Shown in pieces: positions 35,863 to 47,107 of a stretch of 64,000 nt of DNA. The stretch comes from Psammoneis japonica (Eukaryota): the NCBI GenBank assembly GCA_008632985.1, contig QPGO01000198.1, positions 1 through 64,000 of the forward strand. The letters run 5' to 3'. Numbering within the stretch: position 1 is the stretch's first letter; each line of letters starts with the position of its first letter. The position numbers and the translations under genes were made by a program. Under the pieces are notes generated by a model that was not told the DNA's origin, did not search any database, and saw nothing but the letters and a program-made list of their open reading frames with translations.

Positions 35863-37647
35863 TCAATTAAAATATGTTATCAGTGCTGAAATGAAGCAAC
35901 ATGAATAAATGCACGGAGAAGGAGATTCTTCATCACCGAACTTCTCGTAAAGGTTGTTATACTCCTGAACAGCAGGCTTGAGGTAATGGAAAAAGACGAA
36001 ATAGGCAAGAAAAAGCTCAATGGAATCAAGAAAGCCCGCAGAAACAATCTGGCAAGTCCCAGCATCATTCTTGATGCATTCAACAGAGTGCAATACAGTC
36101 AAGGTCAGGTCCAAGGCAAGCTCAATCCAAACAACCGTTCGAAACTCTTCTAGTTGTCCCCGCACATCACCAATTTTCTCGTTGTCGACTCCGCTATCAA
36201 AACAATCGGCTCTAACAATGTTCTTTGCAGTTTCCACAGAATCGCTCCGAATCACAATGGCGAGGGCTGCGCAACAGAGGCCAAGATCAACCACTTCCAA
36301 GAACAACAATGCCGCCGCTAGATGGCGGCGCCTGCTGGGAATACAGGCATGGAGTATGACGAAGACAAACATCAAGGTAGAAATAGCAATATCGGTCTTT
36401 GACAAACGGACCACAGTGTCCAGAGTTGAGCCGAGATTCTTCGTAGCTTGACAGCTTGGGAACTCTGAGCACAGGTTAAAGTGCTGTGCTTCTTTATAGG
36501 ATATTGCTACTCCAAAGCAGAAATCAAGATCCCCACAATTTTGGTAACAGCATTTATTTTCGGGATCGTCCACTTCACGAAACTGACCTATAACACCACT
36601 GCTGGTAGTGCTTGGAGAGATAGAGGGGTTGGAAGTGCTGCCGGACGAGGATGGAGCTATCGTCGTGGATTGTCCAATGGGCGTTGCGCTAGTGGGTTGT
36701 TTTGACAGAATTAGACTTGGAGAAGGAGAAACTGTGGCTTTTGTTGGTGAGCGAGTAGTCGCCGGAGTCGTCATCATTTGAGTCGGCTGTTCTGTCGGCA
36801 GGGGTGTCGGAAGAGGAATGGGTTGGTTGGTCCTAAAAGTTGGCGGTGGTGTGACGGGGAGAGGTGATGGAGAAGTCGTGGGTCGGTTGGTCCTAAAAGT
36901 TGGCGGTGGTGTGACGGGGAGAGGTGTCGGAGGAGGCGTAGGCTGGTTGGTCCTAAAAGTTGGCTGGGGCGTCGGAGGGAACGTCGGCCAAGGTGTCGGT
37001 CGTTTGGTTGGAGCATCCGTCGGCCGAGGTGTTGGGCGCCTTGATGGATTCTCCGTTGGCCTTGGAGTTGGGTTCCTTGTGGGATTCGGTGTGATGGATA
37101 TCTGCACATTGTCACAGAGGGGGGTATCCCACTCTTTACATGAGTTGCCATCGGAGAAGGTCGAGAAACAGAATTCTTGATAGAATACTTGATTGAATTG
37201 GCATTTTGGCACAGACGAGGGGCAAGAGTCATTATGACAGCAACTGCAGTCCGAGAATTTTGTCGAGACGCATGAATCGTTGGCGACGCATTGTACACGG
37301 CTGGAATAGAACTCGGCGTTGCGGCAGGTATCTCCCGTGTCATAGCATGTCACGATAGATCGATAGAATTTGGCGTTGAAACAGGAGCCAGACCGTGGAT
37401 AGCAATCCACAATGGAGTCGTAGAATGCTGCCCCATTGCAGCCTCCACGACATGCTACAGCACAATCTGTGAAATCCATGCCATCGCATTCGCCGCTGTC
37501 GAAACAAACAATCGGATTAGTTAGACTGTTGCTGGTGCCCGTGCACGTAATGGCGTGAACGCTTTGCGGCGAAAATAATTCCGTCGCCGAAAGCAAAAGC
37601 AGACGAAGGATGACTTGACAGGCAAGATTGGGTTTTGGGGCTTTCAT
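35863..37647 (-). CDS. Cell-surface protein: signal peptide, Cys-rich repeats, Pro/Thr mucin-like stalk, ~4 C-terminal TM helices
   Basis: C..A.FY.S.V.C repeats, TPRPT/PTFRTNQPT repeats (60-bp units at ~36.82-36.97 kb), hydrophobic C-terminal helices. Confidence 0.8.
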   Translation of the reverse strand: MKAPKPNLACQVILRLLLLSATELFSPQSVHAITCTGTSNSLTNPIVCFDSGECDGMDFTDCAVACRGGCNGAAFYDSIVDCYPRSGSCFNAKFYRSIVTCYDTGDTCRNAEFYSSRVQCVANDSCVSTKFSDCSCCHNDSCPSSVPKCQFNQVFYQEFCFSTFSDGNSCKEWDTPLCDNVQISITPNPTRNPTPRPTENPSRRPTPRPTDAPTKRPTPWPTFPPTPQPTFRTNQPTPPPTPLPVTPPPTFRTNRPTTSPSPLPVTPPPTFRTNQPIPLPTPLPTEQPTQMMTTPATTRSPTKATVSPSPSLILSKQPTSATPIGQSTTIAPSSSGSTSNPSISPSTTSSGVIGQFREVDDPENKCCYQNCGDLDFCFGVAISYKEAQHFNLCSEFPSCQATKNLGSTLDTVVRLSKTDIAISTLMFVFVILHACIPSRRRHLAAALLFLEVVDLGLCCAALAIVIRSDSVETAKNIVRADCFDSGVDNEKIGDVRGQLEEFRTVVWIELALDLTLTVLHSVECIKNDAGTCQIVSAGFLDSIELFLAYFVFFHYLKPAVQEYNNLYEKFGDEESPSPCIYSCCFISALITYFN

Positions 37648-38365
37648 TCTCTGTGTACAGAGCCGTGTCGCAAAGTTGTTTGCAATTCTCGTAGTGTTCT
37701 TTGACACGCATTTTACCCACCCATTTCTTAGCCAAACAGATGCCATGTCCGCCCTTGTTCGCACCTCGTCGTATGGTTCTATAGCAGCACAATCAACGAG
37801 GTATACTCAAGTAGGAACGGACACACGAAAAGCGTATACGAAGAACGAAGAAGACGGATGCTTGAATGAAGACGAGACAGAAGAGAGAAAAGAAAATTCT
37901 GCCGACCGATGACCGATTCCAGATGCGCGACGCATACTGTATCATCGTGAGCGAGTGTTTGACGGGAAGCGCCGCAGACGCGCACCCATGACCCAACCCA
38001 CGACTCGCAAAACACGACCCAACGCACAACGCCAAGCTCGGTTGAAACTTGAAACATACAGTGCGAGTAAGTAGCTCCACGCCACAGAACCACCCTTCCA
38101 CCCTTGCTTGCAAGAGAGGAACACAATAGGAGCATTACTACTCACTTGTCAGGTCTAGTTAGCAGTCCCATGCTTGTTCCGTAGCAGTGAATGCTGCTTT
38201 TCTCGATGTTACAAACTTCCACGACTGAGTGACACTTGGCACACCGTTTCCACGACTACGTGGCACGATGCTGAGTCTCGCCACAAAATCGAAAAAAGCT
38301 TGGAATTGCTTGATACCGTTGTGGTTTTTGCTTACATTCTTGTATATGGATTCCAGAGAAGCGGC

Positions 38366-38941
38366 ATGAAGGATTTACGCGAGCGAAAAAGGGCCTTTGG
38401 ATATTGCGAAAGCTGCGAGACGAAAACACACAGTGTTCGCTTTTTGGGACTCGTTAGAGTCCCTCTAAACCGAACGAATCGAGTTTCGGAAGGAAGATGC
38501 TTGTCTTGCCACCCGATTGAGGATCGTGGTTTTGATACATCTGACACTGGTCCTTCTGATAGCGCCAGTGTTGAAAGCCAAGAAAAAGGATGCGTGATTT
38601 GTGCCAGTGACTCCATTGAACTATCCCGTATTGCGACCCTTGACGGATGTGAGCATTCTTTTTGCTATGATTGTATCAGTCAATGGGCCGCGGTGGAAAA
38701 CACGTGTCCTCTATGTAAGGTACAATTTAGCAAGATACTCCATAGGTCGAACGCGACATACGTCGCGCAACGCAAACAACCAGTTCATGACAACGATATG
38801 GCTATTTCAGAGGGAACTAATCTATTTGAAGTCGTAGAATTTGAGGACGAACCACAATTTGTAATGGAGGAGAGTGAAATCGAGCGTCGACTCTTACAGA
38901 TGCGCCGACGAATGCGTCGTCAACGTCGACGACAATCATGA
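38366..38941 (+). CDS. RING-HC finger protein with an additional N-terminal CxxC...GRCLxC putative Zn motif
   Basis: CVIC...CEHSFCYDC...WAAVENTCPLCK; N-terminal CESCETKTH...GRCLSCHP. Confidence 0.8.
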   Translation: MKDLRERKRAFGYCESCETKTHSVRFLGLVRVPLNRTNRVSEGRCLSCHPIEDRGFDTSDTGPSDSASVESQEKGCVICASDSIELSRIATLDGCEHSFCYDCISQWAAVENTCPLCKVQFSKILHRSNATYVAQRKQPVHDNDMAISEGTNLFEVVEFEDEPQFVMEESEIERRLLQMRRRMRRQRRRQS

Positions 38942-38980
38942 TCAACATAGAACACTAAATAGTGCATATTGTGTAAAGAA

Positions 38981-39838
38981 TTAACTGAAATCAAAAGTGG
39001 GAGATCGACGTAGCTGATGAATTGCATCGCTCGCCTCGTCGTCTTGCGCATTGACACTTGCCGGTGCGGACAACTCATCAAGACTTGCATAGACTTGAGC
39101 CATGAGCATGTCGACTTCACTGTCTGCAGAGTTGAGGCTAGAACTGGACATTGTTCTGGCTTCGAAGGGAGCCATGATGCTGTTAGAGCTTGGCTGCTTT
39201 CGTTTTGGTACAAATTTTGGCTGTTGACCCTTGATCGTGATTGTTTGAAAGCTCAACTTGCAGAGGGGGCACGTGTTTTCGTAGGCAGCCCAAGTGTCGA
39301 TGCACTGAAAACAGAATGCATGCTGACACGAGTTGATCGATGCCATCTCATGCAGCTTAAAATCGTCTCGAGTACATATACAGCAACACAAGTTTGCAGC
39401 TGCATGTTCTTCTGCTGTCTCCAGTGGTGTCACGTGGGGAGGAACAATCTTGTCCCAAGACAACTGCTCTTGGAGACCATGAGGCAGATCATCCCAAACG
39501 GATTCTGATATAAGCCTCGCATCAAGCGTCACCTCTGAGAACACACTTTGTGTGTCTTGGAGATTATCTCGTTGATGGTGTTGTTCTTCAGCATGACGAG
39601 TAGAGTCTTGTTCCTCTTGTCCGTTTTCTCGCGGATCTTGCCGAACAAGCACGATTTCTTGCGTCGGAGGATCTCGAAACGCGGCATATCTTCCATCCAT
39701 GCCACCCAATGCTTCATCTTGAACCGACGGTCGATTTCGTCCACAAAGCAACATTGAAAGCCTCATCATGTTTGTTTTCACGCCACACGAATCAGATTGT
39801 GTTTTCGTACGACCACGACGAGACCGTGTCCAGTTCAT
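38981..39838 (-). CDS. RING-HC finger protein, paralog of the adjacent gene in convergent orientation
   Basis: CCIC...CQHAFCFQC...WAAYENTCPLCK. Confidence 0.8.
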   Translation of the reverse strand: MNWTRSRRGRTKTQSDSCGVKTNMMRLSMLLCGRNRPSVQDEALGGMDGRYAAFRDPPTQEIVLVRQDPRENGQEEQDSTRHAEEQHHQRDNLQDTQSVFSEVTLDARLISESVWDDLPHGLQEQLSWDKIVPPHVTPLETAEEHAAANLCCCICTRDDFKLHEMASINSCQHAFCFQCIDTWAAYENTCPLCKLSFQTITIKGQQPKFVPKRKQPSSNSIMAPFEARTMSSSSLNSADSEVDMLMAQVYASLDELSAPASVNAQDDEASDAIHQLRRSPTFDFS

Positions 39839-40418
39839 GTTGGATCTTTATGGTACATCTACGCGTTGCTTCTGCTCACTGAACGTGCGACTTTTTTTCT
39901 TCATCGTTCCTATGGTACTGTGCTACTGACAGCTTTTTATTCCTCTTCGTACTATATGAAGGATCTTATCTGCCGTCTGACGTTCATGTTGTGGAGAAAA
40001 ACAGTGGCGATGAAAAGTGCCGAGCTCGGCAGCAACTTCAGTCGTGAATAATTTGCAAGTCCCGGATATGTATTTTTTAGTCGATTGAGTCAAACAATGG
40101 ACAAAAATGAGGTCATTCAGAAGAGGCATGGGCATAAATAGACTAGTCAATTTTTCAGTATAATATCAATATTTGTCTAGATATCTTTAAAAGACATTGT
40201 GGGCTATTGCCCAACATTGCTACAGTACGAGTGAAATTCGGGAATCCTCTATCGTTTCAAGGAACTCAGCAAACTCCCACAAAAACACGAACACATCAAG
40301 AAAAATAGGTACGCGCAAGAAGAATAGTAGAAGTTAGATACGTGAACAACGAGCGCCATTTATTCATAATTAGTTTCTTTGAAAGGAGAAGTTCTGTACC
40401 TTGTGTCTACAAAACAGA

Positions 40419-42723
40419 ATGAGAAGACGAGCCGTTCAAAGATCTCTTCACGCCTTGCTTGGGTTGTTTGCGCTTTTCGCAATGATCGGCCTCGCTCCGG
40501 CAAAGGTGAGTCCTTTTCGTAATCAAAATTGCTTTGTTAAATCCTAGGATTGCTCTAAATTCAGAACCTTGTTTACAGCCGACTGCTGGAGGACTCCGCT
40601 TCGACACCAAGGATACCCAGTATCGTGACCAGAAGGTTGAACACCACAGTGTTGGAGCTCGTCAGATCCAGGGCACGAATGAAGAAGAAGTGGTGAAAAG
40701 AGGTCTGGCTCAAGACACTGTAATCGTCAAGGCCAGGGGTGAATCGGCTGGTGGAGTTTGGCCGCTAATGGTTGTACGGGTGGATGGTGTTGTCGCGTCT
40801 CCTTCCATTGTTGAAGTGAATAGCGCGACAAATCAAGACTACACATTCACTACCGATGCCCTTTCGGCATCATCAGTGGTCGATGTGGTCTTTGTAAATG
40901 ATGGATCTTCTTCAACACAAGACAGGAACTTGATAGTTGAGTCCATTGTGGTAGATGGAATCACTTACATGTCTTGGGACCCAACGGTGTGGATTGACAA
41001 AGGTACGGGTGATGATGCTTTCGACGGGAAAGACATCATTAGCCCTGGTCAACCAAAACTTTGGTGGGACGCAGCTCTGCGCTTTTTCGTCATAAAAGAT
41101 GACAGTGGCGCTACGACTAGCGACACAACATGGACAGTGGTGGTCCGGGCCAAGGGCAAACTCGTTGATGGAAAATGGCCTAGGTTTTTCGTCCGGGTGG
41201 ATGGAAATAAGGCTTCAGAGGGGATTATTCAGGCCAACAGTGCTGACTATACAGACTTTACCTTTTCAGTGGCAGCATCTAAATCGTCTGATTCGCTAGT
41301 TGATGTGGTGCTCATCAACTGCGCAAGGAAACGGTTTCTGTGGGTTTCATCCATAATCGTGAATGGGAAGACGTACAGTCCTTCTGATGAGGGTGTCATT
41401 TTCGACAAAGGCTCAAAACAAGCGGCTTTTGACGGTAAGAGGCAACGTCGTGGTAAAAAGAGAATGGGGAGGAACGGTGCCTTGCGGTTCCCCGTGAAGA
41501 ACGAAGCCACAACTCCTAAGACAATCGAGGTTCGGGCCAAGGGCACGTTCGCTGTTGGCGCTTGGCCAGAAATGGTTGCAAGAGTAAATGGCAAGGTTGT
41601 CGGGACTGTCACTGTCGACAATACTTCCTTTAAGGATTTCACCTTTACGCCACCGACAATGCCGGACAAGCCGATAGTGGATGTTGTTTTTACCAATGAT
41701 GCATACGCCGAAAACGGACCTGGTACCGCCGACAATAGGGATCGAAACCTTTTTGTTGATTCGGTTGTTGTCGATGGGGCTAGAATTATGGCAGATGACG
41801 ACAGGGTGACAGTTGATTGGGGATGGAAGGCCATGGCATTTGACGGCATCGATACTGGGCCCGGCGTGTACGGACTTAAGCGTGCTGGCTCGTTGCAATT
41901 CAAAGCGTTTGATCTCCCGGACCCCAATTACGAGCCTCTCCCACGCCTGGAAGGCGATAACGTCGAACTGCTTTATGAGGAAACCTTTTCCAATGGTTCT
42001 ATTGACACTGACAAGTGGGAGATCTACGACGGACCGAGACAGGCCGGATGGGGCGTTCGCCGACCATCTGCATTGTCCTTGGTAGATCTTCCCGGAGCCA
42101 CCGGAAACAAGGCACTCAAAATTACTGCTCAAATGGGCCAAGGAGATGATGCCAATTTGATTGTCTGCGGTGGTATGGCACTGAACCGACGATCGTTGAC
42201 TCAACAGACCTATGGTAGATATACCGTCAGGGTACGAACGGAGCCTGACCCTGATCGGGTGACCACGGGTGTTGTCCTTCTTTGGCCCGTATCAGGATTG
42301 TTCCCAGAAGGCGGAGAGATTGACTTCTATGAATCATGGAGAGACCGTGAAACACGCAAGCCCGTGGATCTTGTGACACACTACGCTGTGAACGGCGTTC
42401 ACGATTCTGAGAAAATGTACGTAGAGGATGCCAACGGAGAGTGGGTCGATGGAACCATGTGGCATACCTTCGAACTTGACTGGCGTCCAAACTATCTCGC
42501 AGTCTCGGTTGATGGTGGTCCTCCCAACATTGTAACAACCGATCCAGCCAAAATCGCACAGTGGGATATGAAATTAGCCCTCCAAGTGGATGTATGGCCA
42601 GCGCCCTACAATCCGGGCTCCGAGCCTACAATATCAAAACCCGTCTCCATGTTGGTCGACTATGTCAAGATCGAGAGTTACCCTAACCTGGGGAACACTG
42701 CTGATATCGGAAATTTTACGTAG
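40419..42723 (+). CDS. Secreted glycoside hydrolase family 16 protein with three N-terminal CBM60-like modules; exons 40419-40505 and 40579-42723
   Basis: Signal-peptide exon MRRRAVQRSLHALLGLFALFAMIGLAPAK, GTGAGT..TTACAG phase-0 intron; three repeats V.A.G....G.WP...VRV.G...DVVF.ND...DRNL.V.S..VDG; GH16 catalytic motif EIDFYE. Confidence 0.85.
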
Positions 42724-43049
42724 GTGCGAGCAGGCTATTGACTTGATAGGTAATAAAAGTGCTCCTTGGCAGAATGCGACGACTGCACAGTACGATTGTT
42801 GTACAAAAAAGATGCAAAACTCGGCTAAAGGAGAACGCATCGGACCACTAAACTAGAGACACATGTTGATGGCCTTTCTGATAGAGCGCGATGAATTCCT
42901 TTTACTAGAACAACCGGTTCTCAAAAGCTTACTGGACTTGTTTTTTTTTTTGAACTTCTAGAGTAACATTTTTTTCCCGTTTTCATTGCGTAAGAGGCAA
43001 ATCCTACATGCTTGCAAGAGGCAAATCCTCAACTCGCGAGAAAACTTTT

Positions 43050-43379
43050 CTAGAAGCTAGGGCTGTGGTTTGTCCAGAGAGCAGTGGGATCAAATATTCG
43101 GTCCTTCTTTTCATCTTCTTCCTTTTCAGTGTCTTGATCGTCAGCATGCTTGAACTTGGCCTCCATGGCTTCCGGCGTGGTGTCTTCGAGAGTCTTCTTG
43201 ATTGATTCGGCAATGCCGTCCTCTGTTGCTTTTGAGGTTGCTTCCTTGTTGGTTTCCGCCAAGTCCTTAGAGACCTTGTCTCGCAAAATGAACGCCCTTG
43301 GAGTTGGGCTCCTCGTCGCTGGCACAAAGGCGGCCACAGCAGGAAGAGCAAGCAGAACAGCAGCCGAAAGCTTCATCAT
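43050..43379 (-). CDS. Small hypothetical plastid-targeted protein
   Basis: MMKLSAAVLLALPAVAA|FVP matches the diatom bipartite ASAFAP motif; charged mature part. Confidence 0.75.
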   Translation of the reverse strand: MMKLSAAVLLALPAVAAFVPATRSPTPRAFILRDKVSKDLAETNKEATSKATEDGIAESIKKTLEDTTPEAMEAKFKHADDQDTEKEEDEKKDRIFDPTALWTNHSPSF

Positions 43380-43821
43380 CGTGCCTTCTCGTTTTTTGCA
43401 ACTTTTGATGTGCCATGCTTCCGGTGTTCGCTTTCTGTGTCACGTCGTAGAATTGTACAATTGAGTGTCAGTACAATGACGTGTCAGGTTCAACTTTTGC
43501 GAGAGCGCCTTCTTCTCAATACCGGTAAAATTCTAAGGCCGGCCAAAGGCCACACGCCATGACACACCGTTGCCCGCTGCACCGCGTTTGTTTCCTGTGG
43601 CCTGTGGCTGTGGGGATGTTGGATCGCTGCTCTGCTTCTGCAGATGTTCTGTTTATTGTGCAACACAATATCGACCCATGAATCAGCATACACGGCATCG
43701 GTTTCATGTGAAAGGCTTGCTGAAAAATGAGGGATGAGGGGCATGAATAGAAAGAACGCAACAACTAGCACTGACAACACTGCATGCCATTCTCAAAAGT
43801 TCGACTCTGATAGCTTCTTGC

Positions 43822-44556
43822 CTATGAAGAAGAGCCAAACAACGGCGGTCCGACAACGCCTTGAGACAAGCTCTGTTGATCCGGGCGCGTCCACTGCTGG
43901 TCAAACTCCTGACTCAAAAATTGTGTCATCCGCTCCCAATGTTCCTTTGCCAGCAGCCTTCCACCCGCTGGAATCACGACTTTTCTAGCCGCAACGACTG
44001 CAGTCACGGGAACTAACACAGGACACACAGCTGCAAGTGGGACAGTGACTGTGAAACCCATCCAGCCAAAAACACCGGCGGCTGGCACAGCGACCGGAGT
44101 CATTGCCAAAGCTCCGGAAGCCGCAGTTGCTCCGAGCCCTACAGCCAAACTCGTCAAAGCGTCCAAGGTACAAAATTTTCCAGTCACACACCAGACCGCA
44201 AAGGATTTGCTGTTCGTCAAAACTGGATCATGCGCATCTAGAAACAAAGGTTCCAACTTGATCAAGAAATTCAAGCGACGAAGTGCCATGTCAGGATGAG
44301 CACAAGTCGAAGCCGCAGAAAGCCCGGTGACATTCAACAGATTGGAGTGAACCAAGCTGTCTCCGCATTGGACCTTGCGCCATTGTTGGGGCAAATCCAG
44401 TCTGACATTGTGGTGCATGTCAATGAAATTTGCTCCGCCGTTGCACAATCTCGGATTCAAAAACGCCGCAATGCTGAGTGTCTGGTGACCATCGTTTGTG
44501 GAGTCAACGCGAACAACAATGCCGTGGCTGTGACATTTTCGTGGAGCCCCAATCAT
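43822..44556 (-). pseudogene. LRAT/NC-domain-like gene, probably decaying (partly TpA-depleted)
   Basis: HSHGIVV near the N-terminus and HDPVLTNSKSFAVWCVTG resemble the LRAT HxGI and Y....N(C/S)E.FA.WC.TG motifs; 244 aa with no Tyr. Confidence 0.55.
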
Positions 44557-44579
44557 GAACCATTTGAAAACATGGTCAC

Positions 44580-46900
44580 CAAGTTGGAATGAACCCGTTC
44601 ACTTGTGTGTGGTGCTTCTTTGTTGTGTGCTTCAGCGCTGATGCTGAGTGAGGCTTGAATGGCATCCACGCCGACGTCAACTTTTGACCTCCATTGCAGT
44701 TGTCAAGCACCTGTGAGATCTGCGTGGGAGTTTCTGAAACAAGCTCCATCTCCAACTCATTTGCCAGTGCATCTTGGGAAGCTTCCATTTCATCTTGCAT
44801 TTTGGCATTGTCATCACTTTGTTCTTCCCAACCTCCTTCCTGTTTGCCATCGGTGTGAATGTCAACTTCACTGGTCAAACCACTGCTCGTGTCATCTGAC
44901 AGCTGTTTGTCACTGTCGCCAGAGCTCCAGTTGCCTGCAGCAGCTCTGTCTCTCAGAGACAGATTCTTTGTGAGCACCATGGTTCGCCAAAGCTTGATGA
45001 GAATGCCACCACCACTTGACAACTTCTTCAGACTGCCATCTCGCACAAGTGTCATCTGTGTGCATGGGCAATTTTTTCAGGTTTTCTGTGAAAGGCAGAG
45101 TTTGTGTGGAGCATCTTCCTCTTTGAGAATCTTCAACCAGGGCAAAAATGGAGCACTGCGTCACTGCTTTGCTCTGTGGCTAAAGAAACTAAATGAAGGG
45201 GAGCACAACAAGGCTCCTCTGGCAACAAAGCCAGTCTCTGTTGGCACCCCACTCTGCAGGCTCTCTCAAGCACAGACAGAGAACAGGTGTTGCAAGTGTG
45301 CCATGATTGACTTCAAAGTCAGTGTCCGGCAGTGCTCCAGTCCATGTGTCACAGTTGGTGGCTGCAAAGGAAGGAATCATGAGCTCCCAGGCCAGACAGC
45401 CAAAGAAATGATCTTCCGACACAATTTTTTTCTCTTTTGCCGGCTCTTTGTGGAGTCTGTCATGTGAGAGCCCCCCAGCAGGTTGAGAGGAGGAGCAGCA
45501 GCACACAATTGGTGCCCCCACAGCAGGCAATGACAACAAAAAAAAAGAAGAATGCCATGTGAAAAGAGACACAAGAGAGAGACAGAGAGACAGAAACAAA
45601 TGTGCAAGCAAGGGAAACTTCAGGTGATCAAAGTGTGAGCTGATGTTGGAAGAACTTGGAAGAGTCTGCATGCAGAAGGCTGCAGGAGGTCAGGGTGAGA
45701 AGAGTGCAAAGGCTTTTTCCCACACAAGCTTGACACATGATGTTGCCACATTTGTTTGCTGTGACAGCAAAACGGGGTCACTGCTCTGTGCTTGCTGCAT
45801 CTGTTTGCCTTGTGAGGCCTGGGTCCAACAGCAGAGATGATTGTTGGGGAAAAATGGTGGGCAAACAAGGAGAGGCATGGGAGTGTCAAGAAAAGCAACA
45901 AGGCAGCATGCTGAGCCAGAGCAGCTGACTTTCCTGTGTTTTTTTTTCTTGTCATTTTCACAACCATGCTTTGAGAGGATTGAAGACAAGTGGCGCTGGT
46001 GACCGCATGTGGAAAAAAAGAAAAAAGTGGTTTGGTGTGCTGCAATGGCGGTGTGGTTTTGCACACCACCTGCTCTCCAACATCCAAGCCCTGTGAGCAC
46101 AGTGCACCAGCACTCTCTTGTGAGTTGTCACATCTTTCAAGCAACATGGCAAAAACAGAAATAAAAAGGCTGTGTCATCTGCCAACTTAGTGTGTTTGCT
46201 TTCTATGTCATGTCATTGCAGAATTGCACAACTGCGTGTCAGTGCGATGATGTGTCAGGCTCGACATTGTTTGCTGTGTCACGCTCTCATTGTTCTTTTT
46301 TCCTTCCATTTTTGTCACAGCCCATGGTGCACAACACATCGCCACACTCATTTCCTGCAGCAGCAAAGTCAGATTGCTGTGGAGTTGCAGATGACATGGA
46401 CAGAGGCTCGTGCTCTGACGCTCCAGACCTGCAAGCATGGTGTGAGCTCTCTCATGCATGAGAGACACACAACATCTCATCATCGATCTCCACCAACCCC
46501 ACACCTGCTGGCACTTTTTGGTGAGCACAAGTGTTTTCAATGCAGGTCAAAACTTTCACTCAAAATGGTGTTGAAAAATGGATCATTTCTTGTGCTTGCC
46601 ACAGCCATCCTGCAAAACGCAAGCAGCTGGCTGTGGCTCGATTCACACAACACAGGGCTGGAGAGTTGACAAGAAGCGAAAAACACTCAGCACCCTCTCC
46701 CACAGCCACCAGTTGTCCACCATCATTGTTGCCTGTCATCAATCATGTCTCACTGGGTAAGATGAGCCAGTTCACAGCATCAAAGTGGGGTCGGAAGCAG
46801 CATGATGCAGTGGTTGCAAAGTTTTGCACACCACTGAAGGAGATTTTTTGTTTGAGCGAGCTCGGTCCCGGTGTTCGTTTGTCTGCGTCACGTGTAGATT
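44580..46900. repeat. TpA/CpG-depleted degenerate repeat or TE block, family not recognised
   Basis: Composition matches the other mutated blocks; only Cys/His-rich spurious ORFs. Confidence 0.55.
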
Positions 46901-47107
46901 TGCACGGCATCTTCACAGTAGACCACGCATGATGATTGGGTGAGGGTTCTCATTTCCACGACCTCGCACAAAATGTTTTCGCGGGGGGAGAGGTCGTGGA
47001 TTGCGAGCGGAGGGCAAAATAAAGAATAAAGAAGTGATGGATCGCAGAACAGACAAATGGTTTCCACGTTACAAACACAATAGAGGAATAAGTCGATCAT
47101 CAGTACC

